A DNA stretch of 64,000 nt. Source: Methanomassiliicoccaceae archaeon (GTDB lineage: Archaea > Thermoplasmatota > Thermoplasmata > Methanomassiliicoccales > Methanomassiliicoccaceae). Under the pieces are notes generated by a model. It was given only the letters and a program-made list of their open reading frames with translations, ran no database searches and was not told the DNA's origin. Below, piece by piece: positions 42,887 through 55,396 of this stretch (its first letter is position 1; every line of letters begins with the position of its first letter). A program made the translations under genes and the position numbers. The stretch is from NCBI GenBank assembly GCA_963728405.1, contig CAVSJV010000002.1:224001-288000 (forward strand). The letters are read 5' to 3'.

Positions 42887-42899
42887 ACACGGTGCTCAA

Positions 42900-43556
42900 A
42901 TGATGAAGCTCTCAAACTACAATGGGAATCCTTTCATCGGAGTTTACTGCGTAGCAAACGAGAGCCTTTCCCTGGTCCCCCCGGATGCACCTAAGAATCT
43001 AATTAGAGATATCGAGGAAGGCATGGATGTCAAGGTCCTGATAGCGACACTTGACTCCTGCAATATCCTGGGGACGTTAACGGCCATGAACTCATATGGT
43101 GCTATTACTACCAGTATGGCCCAACTGTCCGAGATCCGCCCCATCAAGAAGGAATTGCCGATAAAGCGCATCAAGGATAAGCTGAACGCCTGCGGTAATA
43201 ATATCCTGGTGAATGACAATGCCGCCCTGGTCAACCCGGACCTGGGAGCCACCGCGGTCAAGGAGATCGAGGAAATATTGCAGGTCGAAGTGGTCCAGGG
43301 CATGATCGCCGGCCACAAGACCGTTGGCTCCGTCTGCGTCGCCACCAACAAGGGAGTCCTTTGCCACCCGTCGACCTCCAAGGCCGAACTGGATATGCTT
43401 CGTGCTCTTTTCAAGGTACCCGCGGCCATCGGAACTCTGAACTACGGTGCGCCCGTGCTCGGAGCTTCAATGATCGCCAACTCCAAAGGTGCCGCGGTCG
43501 GGTATCGTTCCACGCCTATCGAGCTCGGACGCGTCGAGGACGCTCTCGGTTTCTGA
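42900..43556 (+). CDS. eif6: Translation initiation factor 6
   Basis: GNPFIGVY, GNNILVND, TVGS, GTLNYG, ELGRVEDAL. Confidence 0.96.
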   Translation: MMKLSNYNGNPFIGVYCVANESLSLVPPDAPKNLIRDIEEGMDVKVLIATLDSCNILGTLTAMNSYGAITTSMAQLSEIRPIKKELPIKRIKDKLNACGNNILVNDNAALVNPDLGATAVKEIEEILQVEVVQGMIAGHKTVGSVCVATNKGVLCHPSTSKAELDMLRALFKVPAAIGTLNYGAPVLGASMIANSKGAAVGYRSTPIELGRVEDALGF

Positions 43557-43761
43557 GCATTGGTGAATGGGCGCTTTGCCCGATCCTTTTCCTCATTCAT
43601 TTTTCCTTCAAAGGAGTTTATTCTCATCTTGCTGAAATATCATGGGCCTTGCTATCAATGAGGGCTCATTAAACGAGGGGCAGATTGGATATGAGTTCTA
43701 GCTGCGATCGGCAGAATCAACCAAACTCTGATCAAAGTATTTCTGCTTCGTTGATGAAGCA

Positions 43762-44397
43762 CTATGGCGAGAAGACCCAGTATTCGGTGGTCGGAGGCAA
43801 GTCCTCTTTCATGAAGTCGATCTCGTTCCCCACCCGCAATACGGATTCTTCGGGCAAACCCTCCAAGAACGGGTCCACTGTTTGAATGGAGATGGAAAGT
43901 CCGCCCCAGCGGAAGTGCATGGGGACCGCGATCTTGGGTTTGAGCTTGGACACGAGGGCTCTGGCCTCCTTGCCATCGATGGTAAAGACGCCGCCCACCG
44001 GTACGAATAGGATGTCGATCGGTCCGATCGCCCTTATCTGCTCCTCGGTGAGCACATGACCAAGGTCCCCGCAGTGGCAGAACTTTACTCCATCTATCTC
44101 GAAACGATAGATGATGTTGCGGCCACGCTTGGCTCCACCTTCCTGGTCATGGTAGGTCTGGATCCCGGTTATCTTGATACCTCTGAGGCTCTTTTCGCCT
44201 GAGTCACGCATCACTGCTGGCTCGCCTTTGACGATCCGGACACAATTATGATCAAAGTGGTCGTGGGTGATCAGTACGACATCGGCTTTGACCATGGGGG
44301 GTTTGATCCCGATTGACTTTCCATCATGGGGGTCCATCACAATAGTGATGCTGTCTCTGACCTCAAAACAAGAATGGCCGTGCCAGATCAACTTCAT
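43762..44397 (-). CDS. MBL-fold metallo-hydrolase
   Basis: WHGHSCF, THDHFDH, HCGDLGH, PMH. Confidence 0.92.
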   Translation of the reverse strand: MKLIWHGHSCFEVRDSITIVMDPHDGKSIGIKPPMVKADVVLITHDHFDHNCVRIVKGEPAVMRDSGEKSLRGIKITGIQTYHDQEGGAKRGRNIIYRFEIDGVKFCHCGDLGHVLTEEQIRAIGPIDILFVPVGGVFTIDGKEARALVSKLKPKIAVPMHFRWGGLSISIQTVDPFLEGLPEESVLRVGNEIDFMKEDLPPTTEYWVFSP

Positions 44398-44401
44398 GCC
44401 T

Positions 44402-45205
44402 TCACTCCCTCGACGAGGTCTCCTTGAACTTGACCCCGCAGGAAGGGCATTTATTATCCTGTTCGGTCACGACCTCATGACAGACGGGGCAGAGGACCAA
44501 CTCTTCTTCTTCGCTCCCCCCCTTTTTCAACAGGGGGAGGAGCCTCATGACCGCGAACGCGATCAGTGCGGAGGCCACAATGGCGATCCCCCATCCCAAT
44601 TCGCGCCCAAGGGTTTGTGACGTCGTCATGTACAGGTCGACCACATAAAGGGATAGCCCCGTCCCTATCAGGGACATGAATGTGATCATTGGCATGTCGA
44701 AGGCCTTATGGTGGGTGCTGATCCCCACATGTGGAGTTTCATCGACCTTCGCTGGGGTCAATGGCTCCGAACTGGAATTGATAGTTAGAGACACTACAGC
44801 TTCCGCAATATCGCTCTCTTGATAGAGGGCCGGTTCAGTCTCGGTCTCGGCACAGGTCTCTGCGGTAGTCTGAGCAACCACGTCGCCCTGGTCCTCGAGA
44901 GTCAGGTGGTCTGAAACTTCCAGCTGCTTTTCTGGTTTCCTCTCTTTGGGAGGAACATCGGCTGGCTTCTTCATGGTCAGCTCGATCTTTGACCTGGTGG
45001 ACCTGTCGATACTGGTGACCTCCACCTCCCGGCCGATCTTCTCTAGGTCATTGACCTTGCCCATCCAGTCATCGGATGCTGCCTTGAAGTCCCAACCGCA
45101 GAAATCGCATTGGTATGCTCCTCGCCGGTTGCGTAGTCCGCACCGGGGGCACTCCTTCAGACCCGAAGACTTCTCCATTTCCCTGCCTTCGCGATGCATT
45201 GCCAT
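44402..45205 (-). CDS. Membrane protein with N- and C-terminal Zn ribbons
   Basis: CPRC..CDFC, acidic linker, two TM helices, CPVC..CPSC. Confidence 0.75.
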   Translation of the reverse strand: MAMHREGREMEKSSGLKECPRCGLRNRRGAYQCDFCGWDFKAASDDWMGKVNDLEKIGREVEVTSIDRSTRSKIELTMKKPADVPPKERKPEKQLEVSDHLTLEDQGDVVAQTTAETCAETETEPALYQESDIAEAVVSLTINSSSEPLTPAKVDETPHVGISTHHKAFDMPMITFMSLIGTGLSLYVVDLYMTTSQTLGRELGWGIAIVASALIAFAVMRLLPLLKKGGSEEEELVLCPVCHEVVTEQDNKCPSCGVKFKETSSRE

Positions 45206-45513
45206 TCATTATTATAATCGTTTTGCCAGCAAAATTCAGTTTTAAAAGCAAGGATGTCGACCACAAAGCTTTCCCAGAACGTCCATCGAAACCAATCCAG
45301 TTTATCCGATCGTCGCTCCTGAACTGATATCACATACTTTAACGAACTGTCGGGGACCGATGGTCAGGATGTTGGGACGCCCTGGTCTGATTGGTCAGAA
45401 CGCTTGACCGCTATGCGGCCGATTCAAAGGACGATCTGGTGAAAATGGCTCGCCCGGCATAAGGATCCGATACTGGAAAAATTCATTATGAATGAATCGG
45501 ATAGGCAACTGGA

Positions 45514-46662
45514 ATGAAGACTCTTATTCTCTGCGTTGACCGGGACGACGATTTTGGGGCCAAGGCTGGCTTGAACAGCCCGTTCATCGGCAGAGAAGAG
45601 AACCTCAATGCAGCCATGGCCTTGGGCCTCAGAGATGCCGAGGACTCCGACATCAATACTCTACTGGCCTCGGTGAGCATATTCGATGAGATGGTCAAGA
45701 AAGGCATGAACGTGGAGATAGCGACCATCTGCGGGGACGTCGATGTCGGATACGAGAGCGATCTGGTGCTCGCGACCCAGCTGGAGACGGTACTTGAGGT
45801 TGTCCGCCCGGACCGTGTGGTGCTGGTCTCCGATGGCGCTGAGGATGAATACATCTACCCAGTGGTCTCGTCCCGCGTCAAGGTCGATTCGGTTCGCAAG
45901 GTCTTCGTCAAGCAGGCTCCCACAGTGGAAGGCGCCTATTACGTCCTCATCAAGATGCTCCATGATGACAAGATCCGGAAGAGGATCCTGGTCCCCATAG
46001 GGCTTGCCTTCTTTGTCTTTGGCGTCTTTGCCCTCCTGGACCCGCTCGTCCAACTCTATCAGAGAATGGTCGATGTGTCGTTCACCAGCATGGGTCTGGC
46101 CATGATCTGGATCGTCGTTGGTCTGTATTTGATCCAATTTGCTTACAAGGTTGGCGACCGTCTGCGGCAGTGGTCCTTGGACACTCGCCGAGCGGTACGG
46201 TCTGGGAGTACTCTCATTCCGTTCGCGGTACTAGCATCGTTACTGTTCCTATTAGGATTGCTATATGGGATCGATGCGGCCACGGTGAACCCTGACAACG
46301 ACCTGCTGCTCAAGTCCCTCCTGTTCATGAGCGGTACCTTGTGGATGTGGGTGTTCGCCTACTTCACTTATGAGGTGGGCATGTTCATCAATCATTACTT
46401 TTCGAAGGGCAGGTTGTCATACACCTTCGTAGTGGCCTCGGTTACCGTGTTCGCCATAGGGTTTATCCTACAGGGGGCGTTGGATGCAACCCAGACCTTC
46501 TTCGGCTATCAGGCCTACGATCAAGTGGTCATCGTCCTGGAGATAGTATCGGGATTCCTACTGGCTGTGTTCGGAGGGCTGCTGAACACCTCCCTCCGGG
46601 CGTTGGACGGCGAGAGCCGCAAGGATGTGGAGAATCTCGAATCGACCGAAACGCTCGAGTAG
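45514..46662 (+). CDS. DUF373 family membrane protein
   Basis: LCVDRDDD, EDSDIN, VSDGAEDE, VFVKQ, followed by TM helices. Confidence 0.9.
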   Translation: MKTLILCVDRDDDFGAKAGLNSPFIGREENLNAAMALGLRDAEDSDINTLLASVSIFDEMVKKGMNVEIATICGDVDVGYESDLVLATQLETVLEVVRPDRVVLVSDGAEDEYIYPVVSSRVKVDSVRKVFVKQAPTVEGAYYVLIKMLHDDKIRKRILVPIGLAFFVFGVFALLDPLVQLYQRMVDVSFTSMGLAMIWIVVGLYLIQFAYKVGDRLRQWSLDTRRAVRSGSTLIPFAVLASLLFLLGLLYGIDAATVNPDNDLLLKSLLFMSGTLWMWVFAYFTYEVGMFINHYFSKGRLSYTFVVASVTVFAIGFILQGALDATQTFFGYQAYDQVVIVLEIVSGFLLAVFGGLLNTSLRALDGESRKDVENLESTETLE

Positions 46663-46670
46663 GTGGTCCA

Positions 46671-47343
46671 TTGGACTATTCTGAATGGGAACCCATCTAT
46701 CGGCGCATCGTGAAGGAGTTCGGTTTCTCGATGGAGGCGGATGAACGATCGGCCCGGACGCTAGCTCGTATCTGCAGAAACAAGGACAGTGTGCCCCCCG
46801 GAATGCTTACGACGGAAGGTGGGGGAGGATGTAACCGTCCTCGGTAACGGCCCAAACCTGGAGCAGGAACTTAGACAGCAGGCTCCCGCAGGGACGGTGA
46901 TCACGGCGGATGGGGCAACCTCCACTTTGATGCACACCCTGGGCAGGGTCCCCGACATCATCGTGACCGACCTGGACGGGGACGCGGTCGATCAGATCGC
47001 GGCCAACGCCCAGGGGGCCATCGTCGTGGTCTTGGCCCATGGCGACAACGAGGAACTCGTCCGAAGGTACGCCCCATGGTTCACTGGCCCAGTCACCCCG
47101 ACCACCCAGGGCCGGCCTTTCGACGGGGTCTATAACTTCGGAGGCTTCACCGACGGGGACAGGGCGGTAATGCTGGCGAGGCATATGGGGGCCATTCGGA
47201 TACACCTGCGTGGTTTCGATCTGGAAAATCCCAGGCCCAAAGCGGGGAAGGATCCGGCGGTCAAACTGAGGAAGCTGCAGATCGCCCGTGACCTGATCTG
47301 GGGCTTGAACCCGCCCGGAGTTGAGATAACGGCCTTTAACTGA
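46671..47343 (+). CDS. mptE: 6-hydroxymethyl-7,8-dihydropterin pyrophosphokinase (frameshift at 46788)
   Basis: EWEPIY..I..EFGF, ADGA, VTDLDG, AHGDN, NFGGFTDGDRAV. Confidence 0.9.
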
Positions 47344-47874
47344 GCCTTCTCTCCTGCTCGGAACCGTCAATGGCACCACAATGAGGGTAAGAGCGATCGA
47401 TCCTACGGATGCATCTATTCTTCTCAAAATGGAAGAAGATCATCCTAGCTAGATACGCAAAAGAGTATTGTCAGACCGATTGCAGATTTTCTCGTGGCCT
47501 ACCGAAGGGTCGTTTGTATGCAGAACGATATCAGGCGAATGAACTGTGGACAAACGTATCGGAAGAGCACAGGGGCCATAGTATCATGCCCCTTTTTCGT
47601 TGAGAAGAGAGCTTCAAACGGAAGTCCTCCTTGGCACATCAATTACCTAACTATTTGAGTGTGAAAAGAACAGTTACGAAATATCTCAATCAGTGTGATG
47701 ATCGAGGTCTTGTATATATTGTATTACAGGTGTATATTATTATATCATTTTGAATGATGTGGCATCTTTCAAACAATTATATTTTATTACTTAATAAAAC
47801 AAATCATATTATATCTTTACTTCGTTCATCCAGTATTCTCTCGCAGGGTCATATTAGGAAAGGAGGCAATTGAC

Positions 47875-50287
47875 ATGGAAGGAGCAAACAATCGCTCCCT
47901 TCCTGAGGAATCCGGCTCCAAGCGACCGTCCACAAAGATCTTTGCAATTGCACTAGTTGCAATTCTGATTATGGCGGCCTTCGCCGGAGTAGTATTTCTC
48001 ATGGGAGTGGGTGCAGGAAAGACAACCGCCACCGCAACTGCGGACAAGGTGATCGCGACCGTGGGTGAAACTGTGAATTTCACCGCAGCCACCAGTACCT
48101 CAGCTGGAAAGATCACCAACTACGCTTGGAATTTTGGTGATGGCACCATCGAAGAAAAGACCATTGCCTCTGCAAGCCATGAATATGCGAATGCTGGGAT
48201 GTACACCATCATTCTCACCATAATGGATGATAAAGGCAACAGCGCTACGAACTGGGGTTCATTGCTAACCATCGAGGTGTCATTGCCAGAGGCAATTGAG
48301 CCCACCAATGGGTCCTCACCAATTCCCCTGGCAGTAGCCTCGAGCACAGCGCTAAAGGCCACCAACAGCACTATCATCCTGAATGCCAATGCTTCCCTTG
48401 CCTGGGATGTGATCGACGGTGATCCGTTCATCGATGTCGGCAATGTTATGTCCTTTTCCTGGCACTTTGGCGACGGGTCCGCTGATGTAACCGGCGATCC
48501 CTCCGTTGCTGGGGCTGTCACTCATACCTACGCCGGTGATGGATCGGTCATCGTCTCGTACGTGGCCGTGACCAGTATCCACGATGTGTCTGCGAAATAC
48601 TACATAACCGTCGTTGTGTACCCGGCCAACTATGATCCATCGGCCGCCGTCAAGCACCCGGACACCTTCGTCCTGGCAACCGTCGGTCAACCCCAATGCA
48701 TCGACCCAGCTGTTGATTATGAGAGTGCCGGCGGAGAGATACTGAACAATGTCTACGAGACCCTGGTCTGGTATAATGCGAATAGCTCCAGCGAGCTGAA
48801 GCCCATGCTTGCCACCGAGGTTCCCACCGTTGAGAACGGGGGCATCTCCGAGGATAAGCTGAACTACACCTTCCATATCCGTCAGAACTGTCAAGTTCCA
48901 CGATGGAGACCTGATGACCGCCGAGGACGTCCGATACTCTATCGAAAGGGTCCTAAGAATAAACGACCCCAATGGTCCGGCATGGATCCTGCAGCAGGTC
49001 CTTATCCCCAACTTCGTCATGGGTGAATGGACCCCCGAAGGAAACCAATCTCAGATCGATAACGCCATGACCGTTAACGGCAATGATGTTACCTTCCATC
49101 TGGTCACTCCCTATGCTGGATTCCTGTACTTGATGGCATATACTGTCGGGTCCATCGTTGAGAAGTCCTATGTCGAGGCTCATGGCGGCATCGTGAACGA
49201 CCAGCAGAACGAATGGATGAACCGGCATGAGATGGGCACCGGCCCTTTCAAGTTCGTTGAGTGGGTCCCCTCGCAGTACATGAGGATGGACCGTTTCGAC
49301 CAATACTGGCAGGGTCCGGCAGCTCTGAAGCATGTCATCATCCGCGAGGTCAATGATATCGGTTCCAGGGAGATGCAGCTTTTCTCCGGCGACGCGGACT
49401 GTGCGGCCATTGATACCACTCATAAGCAGGATGTCATCGGCAAGACCGGACTGCGCATCGTTGAAGGCCTTCCAACCTTTACAATAGGGTTTATCGGCCT
49501 GAACCAGTTCATAAATGATGGTGTGCACAACATCGATATAGGTGACGTGCCAGCGACCTTCTTCTCGGACGTCCATGTCCGGAAGGCGTTCGTTGCATCG
49601 TGGAACTATGAGTCGTATATTCACAATGCGATATTCGACTCGGCTGTCCACCCCAACGGAATGATCCCCAACGGCATGTTTGGTTACAACTCGACCGTTC
49701 CAGAACAACAATATGATCTGGCCGTGGCCGAGAGCGAACTTAAGCTCGCTCTGGACACCAGGACCCCGGACCCGGATGATACCTATTGGGACAATGGGTT
49801 CACCCTGAACATATACATCTATAATGGGGATAAGAACGGGCAGCTGATCTGCGAGATGTTGAAATATTCGCTAGAATCTCTGAACCCGAAGATCTCCATC
49901 AACTTTGACGGCCTTGAGTGGGGCTCGCTCATGCTCCCGGCCCTTTTCAATGGCGAGTTGCCCATGATGGAACTCACCTGGCAGATGGACTATCCCGACC
50001 CAGATGACTTCGCCATCCCGCTTGCATCCGTCGGCGGGAGCTATTCTAGTCTGTTCGGCCTTAGTAACGCGACCCTGTCTCAGCTGATCAGGGACGCCGC
50101 TCAGGAGACCGACCTCACCCTCCGCGCCGAGATGTACTATGATATCTCGATGTCGATGTACGAGAACGCGTACTACATATGGGTGGAACAGCCGACGACC
50201 TTCCATGTGGAGAGGGACTGGGTCCAGGGTTACTATTACAACCCGACCTATTCTGGCCTCTACTATTATGCGTTGTCGAAGGGCTAG
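47875..50287 (+). CDS. Peptide/nickel ABC substrate-binding protein with two PKD domains (frameshift at 48889)
   Basis: N-terminal TM, WNFGDG and WHFGDG, DPAVDYE..NVYETL, repaired RQNVKFHDG, GTGPF, DYPDPDDF. Confidence 0.92.
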
Positions 50288-50445
50288 ATCAGTTCAAACC
50301 TCTTCTCCGCTTTTTCATATTTACTACTATCTTGATTTATAAAAACGACTCACGCCACTGTAGATTAATATGAAACGACTTTATTCATAAGATAGGCTAT
50401 TTATAGCGACATTAAGTTTAGCCAGACGGTGACTGGATCTTGAGG

Positions 50446-51468
50446 ATGCGCACCTACATCATCCGAAGACTTCTACTCATCATCCCCGTCCTGGTCGGTA
50501 TTTCGATCATCATCTTCTTTCTGACCCAGATCGGGGGAGAACCTGCATCGGCCTACCTCACAGAGCACATGTCGAAGGCCCAGGTCGATGCCGTTTACGA
50601 AAAATACCATTTCAACGACCCCGTCGAAACCCAATATTTCTACTGGTTGGACGGGGTGTTGCACGGAGATTGGGGCGTTTCCAGGACTCAGGGCAGTATG
50701 CCGGTCACTGACGCAATAGCCATCCTATTCCCGGCGACCTTCGAATTGGCCATATTCTCCATGATCATCGCCGTTGTTATTGGCCTCTACTTTGGCACCG
50801 TATCGGCGGTCAAAAGGGATACGTTGATCGATCACTCTACCAGAATGATCGCCCTTACGGCCGTTTCCATGCCCATCTTCGTGTTCAGTTTGATCTTGTT
50901 GTTCATATTCTATGCCCAGCTAGGCTGGTTACCGTTCGGCGGTCGCTATGATGCGATCTTATTCATGGAATATTCCGATGCCTGGCATCAGTACACCGGA
51001 TTTTTTTTGATCGATTCCGTTCTTAACGGTAATTACGTCATGTTCATCGATGGGCTGAAACATATCATCCTCCCCGCGGTTGCCCTAGGGCTCTCCTCCT
51101 TTGCCCTTTTTACAAGGATGATGAGGTCCAGCATGCTCGAGGTCCTTGGTCTTGATTATATCAGGAGCGCACGGGCCAAGGGACTCCCGGAGAAGGTGGT
51201 CATCAACAAGCACGCCCGAAGGAATGCTCTGATACCCACGACGACCGTGGCAGGAATGGCCTTTGGCAGCCTCTTAGGGGGGGCGGTCATCACCGAGACG
51301 ATCTTTCAATGGCCCGGTCTGGGCCGGTGGTCCACCATGGCTATCACCGTGAACGACTCGGCATCGATAATGGGTTTCGTTCTCCTGGTGGCGATCATCT
51401 TCATGGTCGCCAACCTGGTCGTGGATATCCTTTACGCCTATCTTGATCCGCGGGTCAAGCTGGGGTGA
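50446..51468 (+). CDS. dppB: Peptide ABC permease (DppB/OppB)
   Basis: YIIRRL, GDWG.S, PATFEL, DYIRSARAKGL, ETIFQWPGLG. Confidence 0.93.
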   Translation: MRTYIIRRLLLIIPVLVGISIIIFFLTQIGGEPASAYLTEHMSKAQVDAVYEKYHFNDPVETQYFYWLDGVLHGDWGVSRTQGSMPVTDAIAILFPATFELAIFSMIIAVVIGLYFGTVSAVKRDTLIDHSTRMIALTAVSMPIFVFSLILLFIFYAQLGWLPFGGRYDAILFMEYSDAWHQYTGFFLIDSVLNGNYVMFIDGLKHIILPAVALGLSSFALFTRMMRSSMLEVLGLDYIRSARAKGLPEKVVINKHARRNALIPTTTVAGMAFGSLLGGAVITETIFQWPGLGRWSTMAITVNDSASIMGFVLLVAIIFMVANLVVDILYAYLDPRVKLG

Positions 51469-51472
51469 ACAA

Positions 51473-52507
51473 GTGGACAAGGTCAAGAAGGTCGAGAATA
51501 GCACCATCCCAATGGGATCGGCAGGGCAAACGTCCCGGTCGCGTTCGTCCAAATCCATCGCACGGACCAGGAGGTCCCTGTCGCCCCACATCCGAGAGTT
51601 CAGGTATGATCTGAGGCTGTTCCGCAAGAGCAAGCTGGCTACGGTCGGCCTTACCCTGATCATCATCATCATGGGGATCGCGGTCCTAGCGCCTATTTTG
51701 GCCCCCACATTACCAAACCATGATCCGGGGGTTGTGCCAAAGGATTTTGCCTCGCCAAAACCACCGGGCGCTACCGGATCGATCGACAATAGGGCCTACA
51801 ATTTCCCATTGGGCAGCGGCAGCGGTGGAGAGGACATCTACTACGGTGTCATCTGGGGGGCCAGGACCTCCATTTACACGGCCGTTACTATCGTCGCTAT
51901 CTCGATGCTTATAGGCATTGTCCTGGGAGCTATCGCCGGCTATCGTGGGGGGGTCATCGATGAGGTGTTGATGAGGGTGACCGACGTCTTCCTCTCCCTT
52001 CCGGCACTCATTCTGGCCATGGCCGTCGTATCGGTGCTCTCGCGTACGCTGGACAATATCATATTGGCCCTTATCATCACCTGGTGGCCCGCATACGCAC
52101 GGCTGGTAAGGGGGCAGGTCCTCTCGATCAGGGAGAGCACCTATGTTGAAGCGGCAAGGGCCGTCGGGGCAAAGACGAACCGCATCCTATTCAGACACAT
52201 TGTCCCGAATTCCTTATCCCCCCTGATGGTCCAGGCCACCATGGACATGGGTGTGGTAGTGTTGGTCACCGCAGGTCTAAGTTTCATTGGCTTCTCCCAA
52301 CCCGGCACCGCCGAGTGGGGAAGGCTCGTTTTCGAAGGCCAGCAGAACATGTTCTCACAATATGCATACCCGTATCCAGGAGGAGAGCTTTACAACCCCT
52401 GGTGGATGTGGGTCTTCCCGAGCATGTTCATCTTCATCTTCGTCATGGGGTTCAATCTCTTGGGAGATGGCCTGAGGGACATGCTCGATCCAAGGCTCAG
52501 GAGGTAG
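51473..52507 (+). CDS. dppC: Peptide ABC permease (DppC/OppC)
   Basis: WGARTS, YVEAARAVGA, RHIVPN, FNLLGDGLRD. Confidence 0.93.
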   Translation: MDKVKKVENSTIPMGSAGQTSRSRSSKSIARTRRSLSPHIREFRYDLRLFRKSKLATVGLTLIIIIMGIAVLAPILAPTLPNHDPGVVPKDFASPKPPGATGSIDNRAYNFPLGSGSGGEDIYYGVIWGARTSIYTAVTIVAISMLIGIVLGAIAGYRGGVIDEVLMRVTDVFLSLPALILAMAVVSVLSRTLDNIILALIITWWPAYARLVRGQVLSIRESTYVEAARAVGAKTNRILFRHIVPNSLSPLMVQATMDMGVVVLVTAGLSFIGFSQPGTAEWGRLVFEGQQNMFSQYAYPYPGGELYNPWWMWVFPSMFIFIFVMGFNLLGDGLRDMLDPRLRR

Positions 52508-52511
52508 GAAG

Positions 52512-53943
52512 ATGGAAACCGAAGGCATCATACTGGAGATCGAGAACCTTCACACCAACTTCTATACCTATGCTGGTGTGGTAAAGGCCCTGGATGGCCT
52601 AAACCTCTCCATACGGAAGGGGGAGACATTTGGGCTGGTCGGGGAGACAGGCTGCGGTAAGAGCGTCACCGCTAACTGCGTCCTCCGGCTCATCCCCTCG
52701 CCGCCAGGCCGGATCGAGTCCGGCCACATTTACTTCTCCATCCCTGAGGGAGAGCGAAAGAAGATCAAAGAGCTCGATGCCAAACTCAGCGAGATGGAAG
52801 GTCGAAAGGTCGGCGAGGACGATTCAGAATACATGGCCACAAAGCAGGATTGGGCCAAATTGATCCGAGAATGGGACCTCTTGGCCAAGGACATGGCCTA
52901 CATGCGGAATATACGTGGAAATCAAATATCCATGATCTTCCAGGAGCCTATGAGCGCTCTGAACCCGGTATTTACTGCCGGCGATCAGATCTCCGAGGTC
53001 ATGCTCGTCCACGAGCGCAGGCAACTTGCCCAGAATCGTGCTAATGAGGATCGATGAACAGATCGCCACTATCAAGGGCCACAAGCATGTGTATGTCCAC
53101 ATGGTCGGAGGCGCAGCGCCTGGCGAGTTCCGGTGCTCGTCCTGCGCCACGATAGTCCCAATGGGCTCGACGGAGTGCTCGTACTGTGGTGGCAGTTTTG
53201 ATCATAGGCCACTTCGCCCCCTGTCCCTGGTCAAGCTGACCTACCTTCGCCAGTTCTATGTGCGGATGCAAAAGGACCCTGAGGATATCCTCCTTAGGAT
53301 CTCATCAAGGATCCCCATTCTACGGCGTTACGAGAAGCTCATAACGCAGGAGGCCTTGGACAAGGCCGAGGAAATGCTCAGGCTGGTACGCATCCCAGAT
53401 CCGGGAAACGTTCTCAGATCCTACCCTTATGAGCTCTCGGGAGGTATGCAGCAGAGGGTGACCATCGCTATGGCCTTGGCTAATCGACCTCGCCTCCTGA
53501 TCGCCGACGAACCCACCACTGCCCTGGACGTCACCATCCAGGCCCAGATCCTGAAGTTGATGACGGACCTCCAGGAACAGACCGGTACCTCTATTCTGCT
53601 GATCACTCACAATCTAGGGGTAGTGGCGGAGACCTGCCACCGTGTTGGCGTCATGTATGCAGGAGTCATGGCCGAGATCGGGTCGGTGACTGATGTGTTC
53701 AAAGAACCCCTGCATCCCTATACTCAGGGTCTGATGAAATCCATACCCACGCTGTCGGCCAGGGTAGAACGTCTGGAGGTCATCGAGGGCAGCGTTCCCA
53801 ATCTCATCAGGCCCCCATCCGGCTGCCGTTTCAACCCGAGATGTCCCTATGCCATGGACATTTGCAGAGCGGAGAAGCCACCTATTGTCGAGTTCAAGGC
53901 CGGTCATAATGTGTCCTGCCATCTTTACAAGGGGGCCAACTGA
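52512..53943 (+). CDS. dppD: Peptide ABC ATPase (DppD) with insertions (frameshift near 53030-53036)
   Basis: GETGCGKS, IFQEP, LSGGMQQR, DEPTTALD, GCRFNPRC. Confidence 0.92.
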
Positions 53944-53944
53944 G

Positions 53945-55045
53945 ATGGGCTCGGACATATTGATCGAGGCCAGGGGTCTTAAGAAATACTTCCCTGTCCG
54001 GGGAGGTCTGCTCCATAAGAAGGTGTCAAGCGTAAAGGCCATAGATGATATCGATCTCTACATCCGAAAGGGCGAGACCGTGGGACTGGTGGGGGAGTCC
54101 GGCTGCGGTAAGACCACCACCGGCCGATGCATGCTACATCTTACCAGGCCAACCGGCGGACACATCTATTACAAAATGCCCTCGAAGGAGCGAGACCGGC
54201 TGATCAACCTGGAGAACGAATGGATGGGGATCGAGGGCGGCCTCGGCAAGGTGTCTGAGGCCGACCGAATCGCTGTGGAGATGGAGGAGATCAACGACAA
54301 GTACTCCCTCGAAGCGAAGGATGCCGAATCCCTCCGTCAGATAAGGCGGAACATGCAGATCGTCTTCCAAGACCCTTTTTCATCGTTGAACCCCCGAATG
54401 CTGGTCAAGGACATTGTCGGCGAGCCGCTGCTGGTCCATGGCATCGCCAAGGGAGATGATCGGGAGGCCCGAGTTGTCAACCTTATGGAAGCGGTCGGTC
54501 TGGATTCCGAACATCTCTATAGGTTCCCTCACGAGTTCTCGGGTGGGCAGAGGCAAAGGATCGGGGTGGCCCGGGCCTTGGCGCTAAATCCGGAGCTGGT
54601 CGTACTGGATGAGCCGACGTCGGCCCTGGATGTATCCGTCCAGGCTCAGATCCTCAACATGCTCAATGACCTTCAGGAAAAGTTAGATCTTACCTTCCTG
54701 TTCATCTCTCATGATCTAAGTACCATACGATACATGTGCGACCGGGTGAACGTCATGTATCTGGGCAAGATCGTCGAGTCGGCCCCTAAGAATGAGCTGT
54801 TCGAGCACCCCCTGCATCCGTACACTGAAGCGCTGCTATCGGTGGTCCCCATTCCGGACCCGGCCCATAAGCGCGAGAAGATCACCCTGGCCGGAGAGGT
54901 CCCGTCATCGTTGGATCCGCCGACCGGTTGTCGGTTCCATACGAGGTGCAGGTACCGCGACACCATCTGCGAGAGGGAGGAACCAAAGCTCATCAGCGTG
55001 GGCGGGGAACACCTTGTGGCCTGTCACCTTCGCGGGAAAAGGTGA
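53945..55045 (+). CDS. dppF: Peptide ABC ATPase (DppF)
   Basis: [37 protein letters not shown]. Confidence 0.94.
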   Translation: MGSDILIEARGLKKYFPVRGGLLHKKVSSVKAIDDIDLYIRKGETVGLVGESGCGKTTTGRCMLHLTRPTGGHIYYKMPSKERDRLINLENEWMGIEGGLGKVSEADRIAVEMEEINDKYSLEAKDAESLRQIRRNMQIVFQDPFSSLNPRMLVKDIVGEPLLVHGIAKGDDREARVVNLMEAVGLDSEHLYRFPHEFSGGQRQRIGVARALALNPELVVLDEPTSALDVSVQAQILNMLNDLQEKLDLTFLFISHDLSTIRYMCDRVNVMYLGKIVESAPKNELFEHPLHPYTEALLSVVPIPDPAHKREKITLAGEVPSSLDPPTGCRFHTRCRYRDTICEREEPKLISVGGEHLVACHLRGKR

Positions 55046-55048
55046 GAT

Positions 55049-55396
55049 ATGGCTGAGAAACCGAAGATCAGGATCGACCGGGAGGCCAGGGGGGAGGAGC
55101 CGACCTATTATGCTCAAGAGGACCTGCCGGAGAAATACCAGGACCTATCATGGCGGCTTTGGTTCACCAGGGTCTATGCCAGGACCTTCTTTGTCATCAT
55201 CTGCCTGTGGACCGATTCGATGATCTGGTTGAACATCCGGTTCGACCTTCACCAGCCTTGGGAGCTGGCCACATTGATCGCTATCGCGGCAGTGATCCCC
55301 GAATACTATTTGTTCAGGCGGCTTTGGGGAAGAAGAAAGCTACGAGCAAGTAATGGTGCCGATCTTCCTAATTGCGGGAAGGGCCAACCCCAATAG
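55049..55396 (+). CDS. Small two-TM protein at the end of the ABC operon
   Basis: Starts 4 nt after dppF; two hydrophobic segments. Confidence 0.65.
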   Translation: MAEKPKIRIDREARGEEPTYYAQEDLPEKYQDLSWRLWFTRVYARTFFVIICLWTDSMIWLNIRFDLHQPWELATLIAIAAVIPEYYLFRRLWGRRKLRASNGADLPNCGKGQPQ

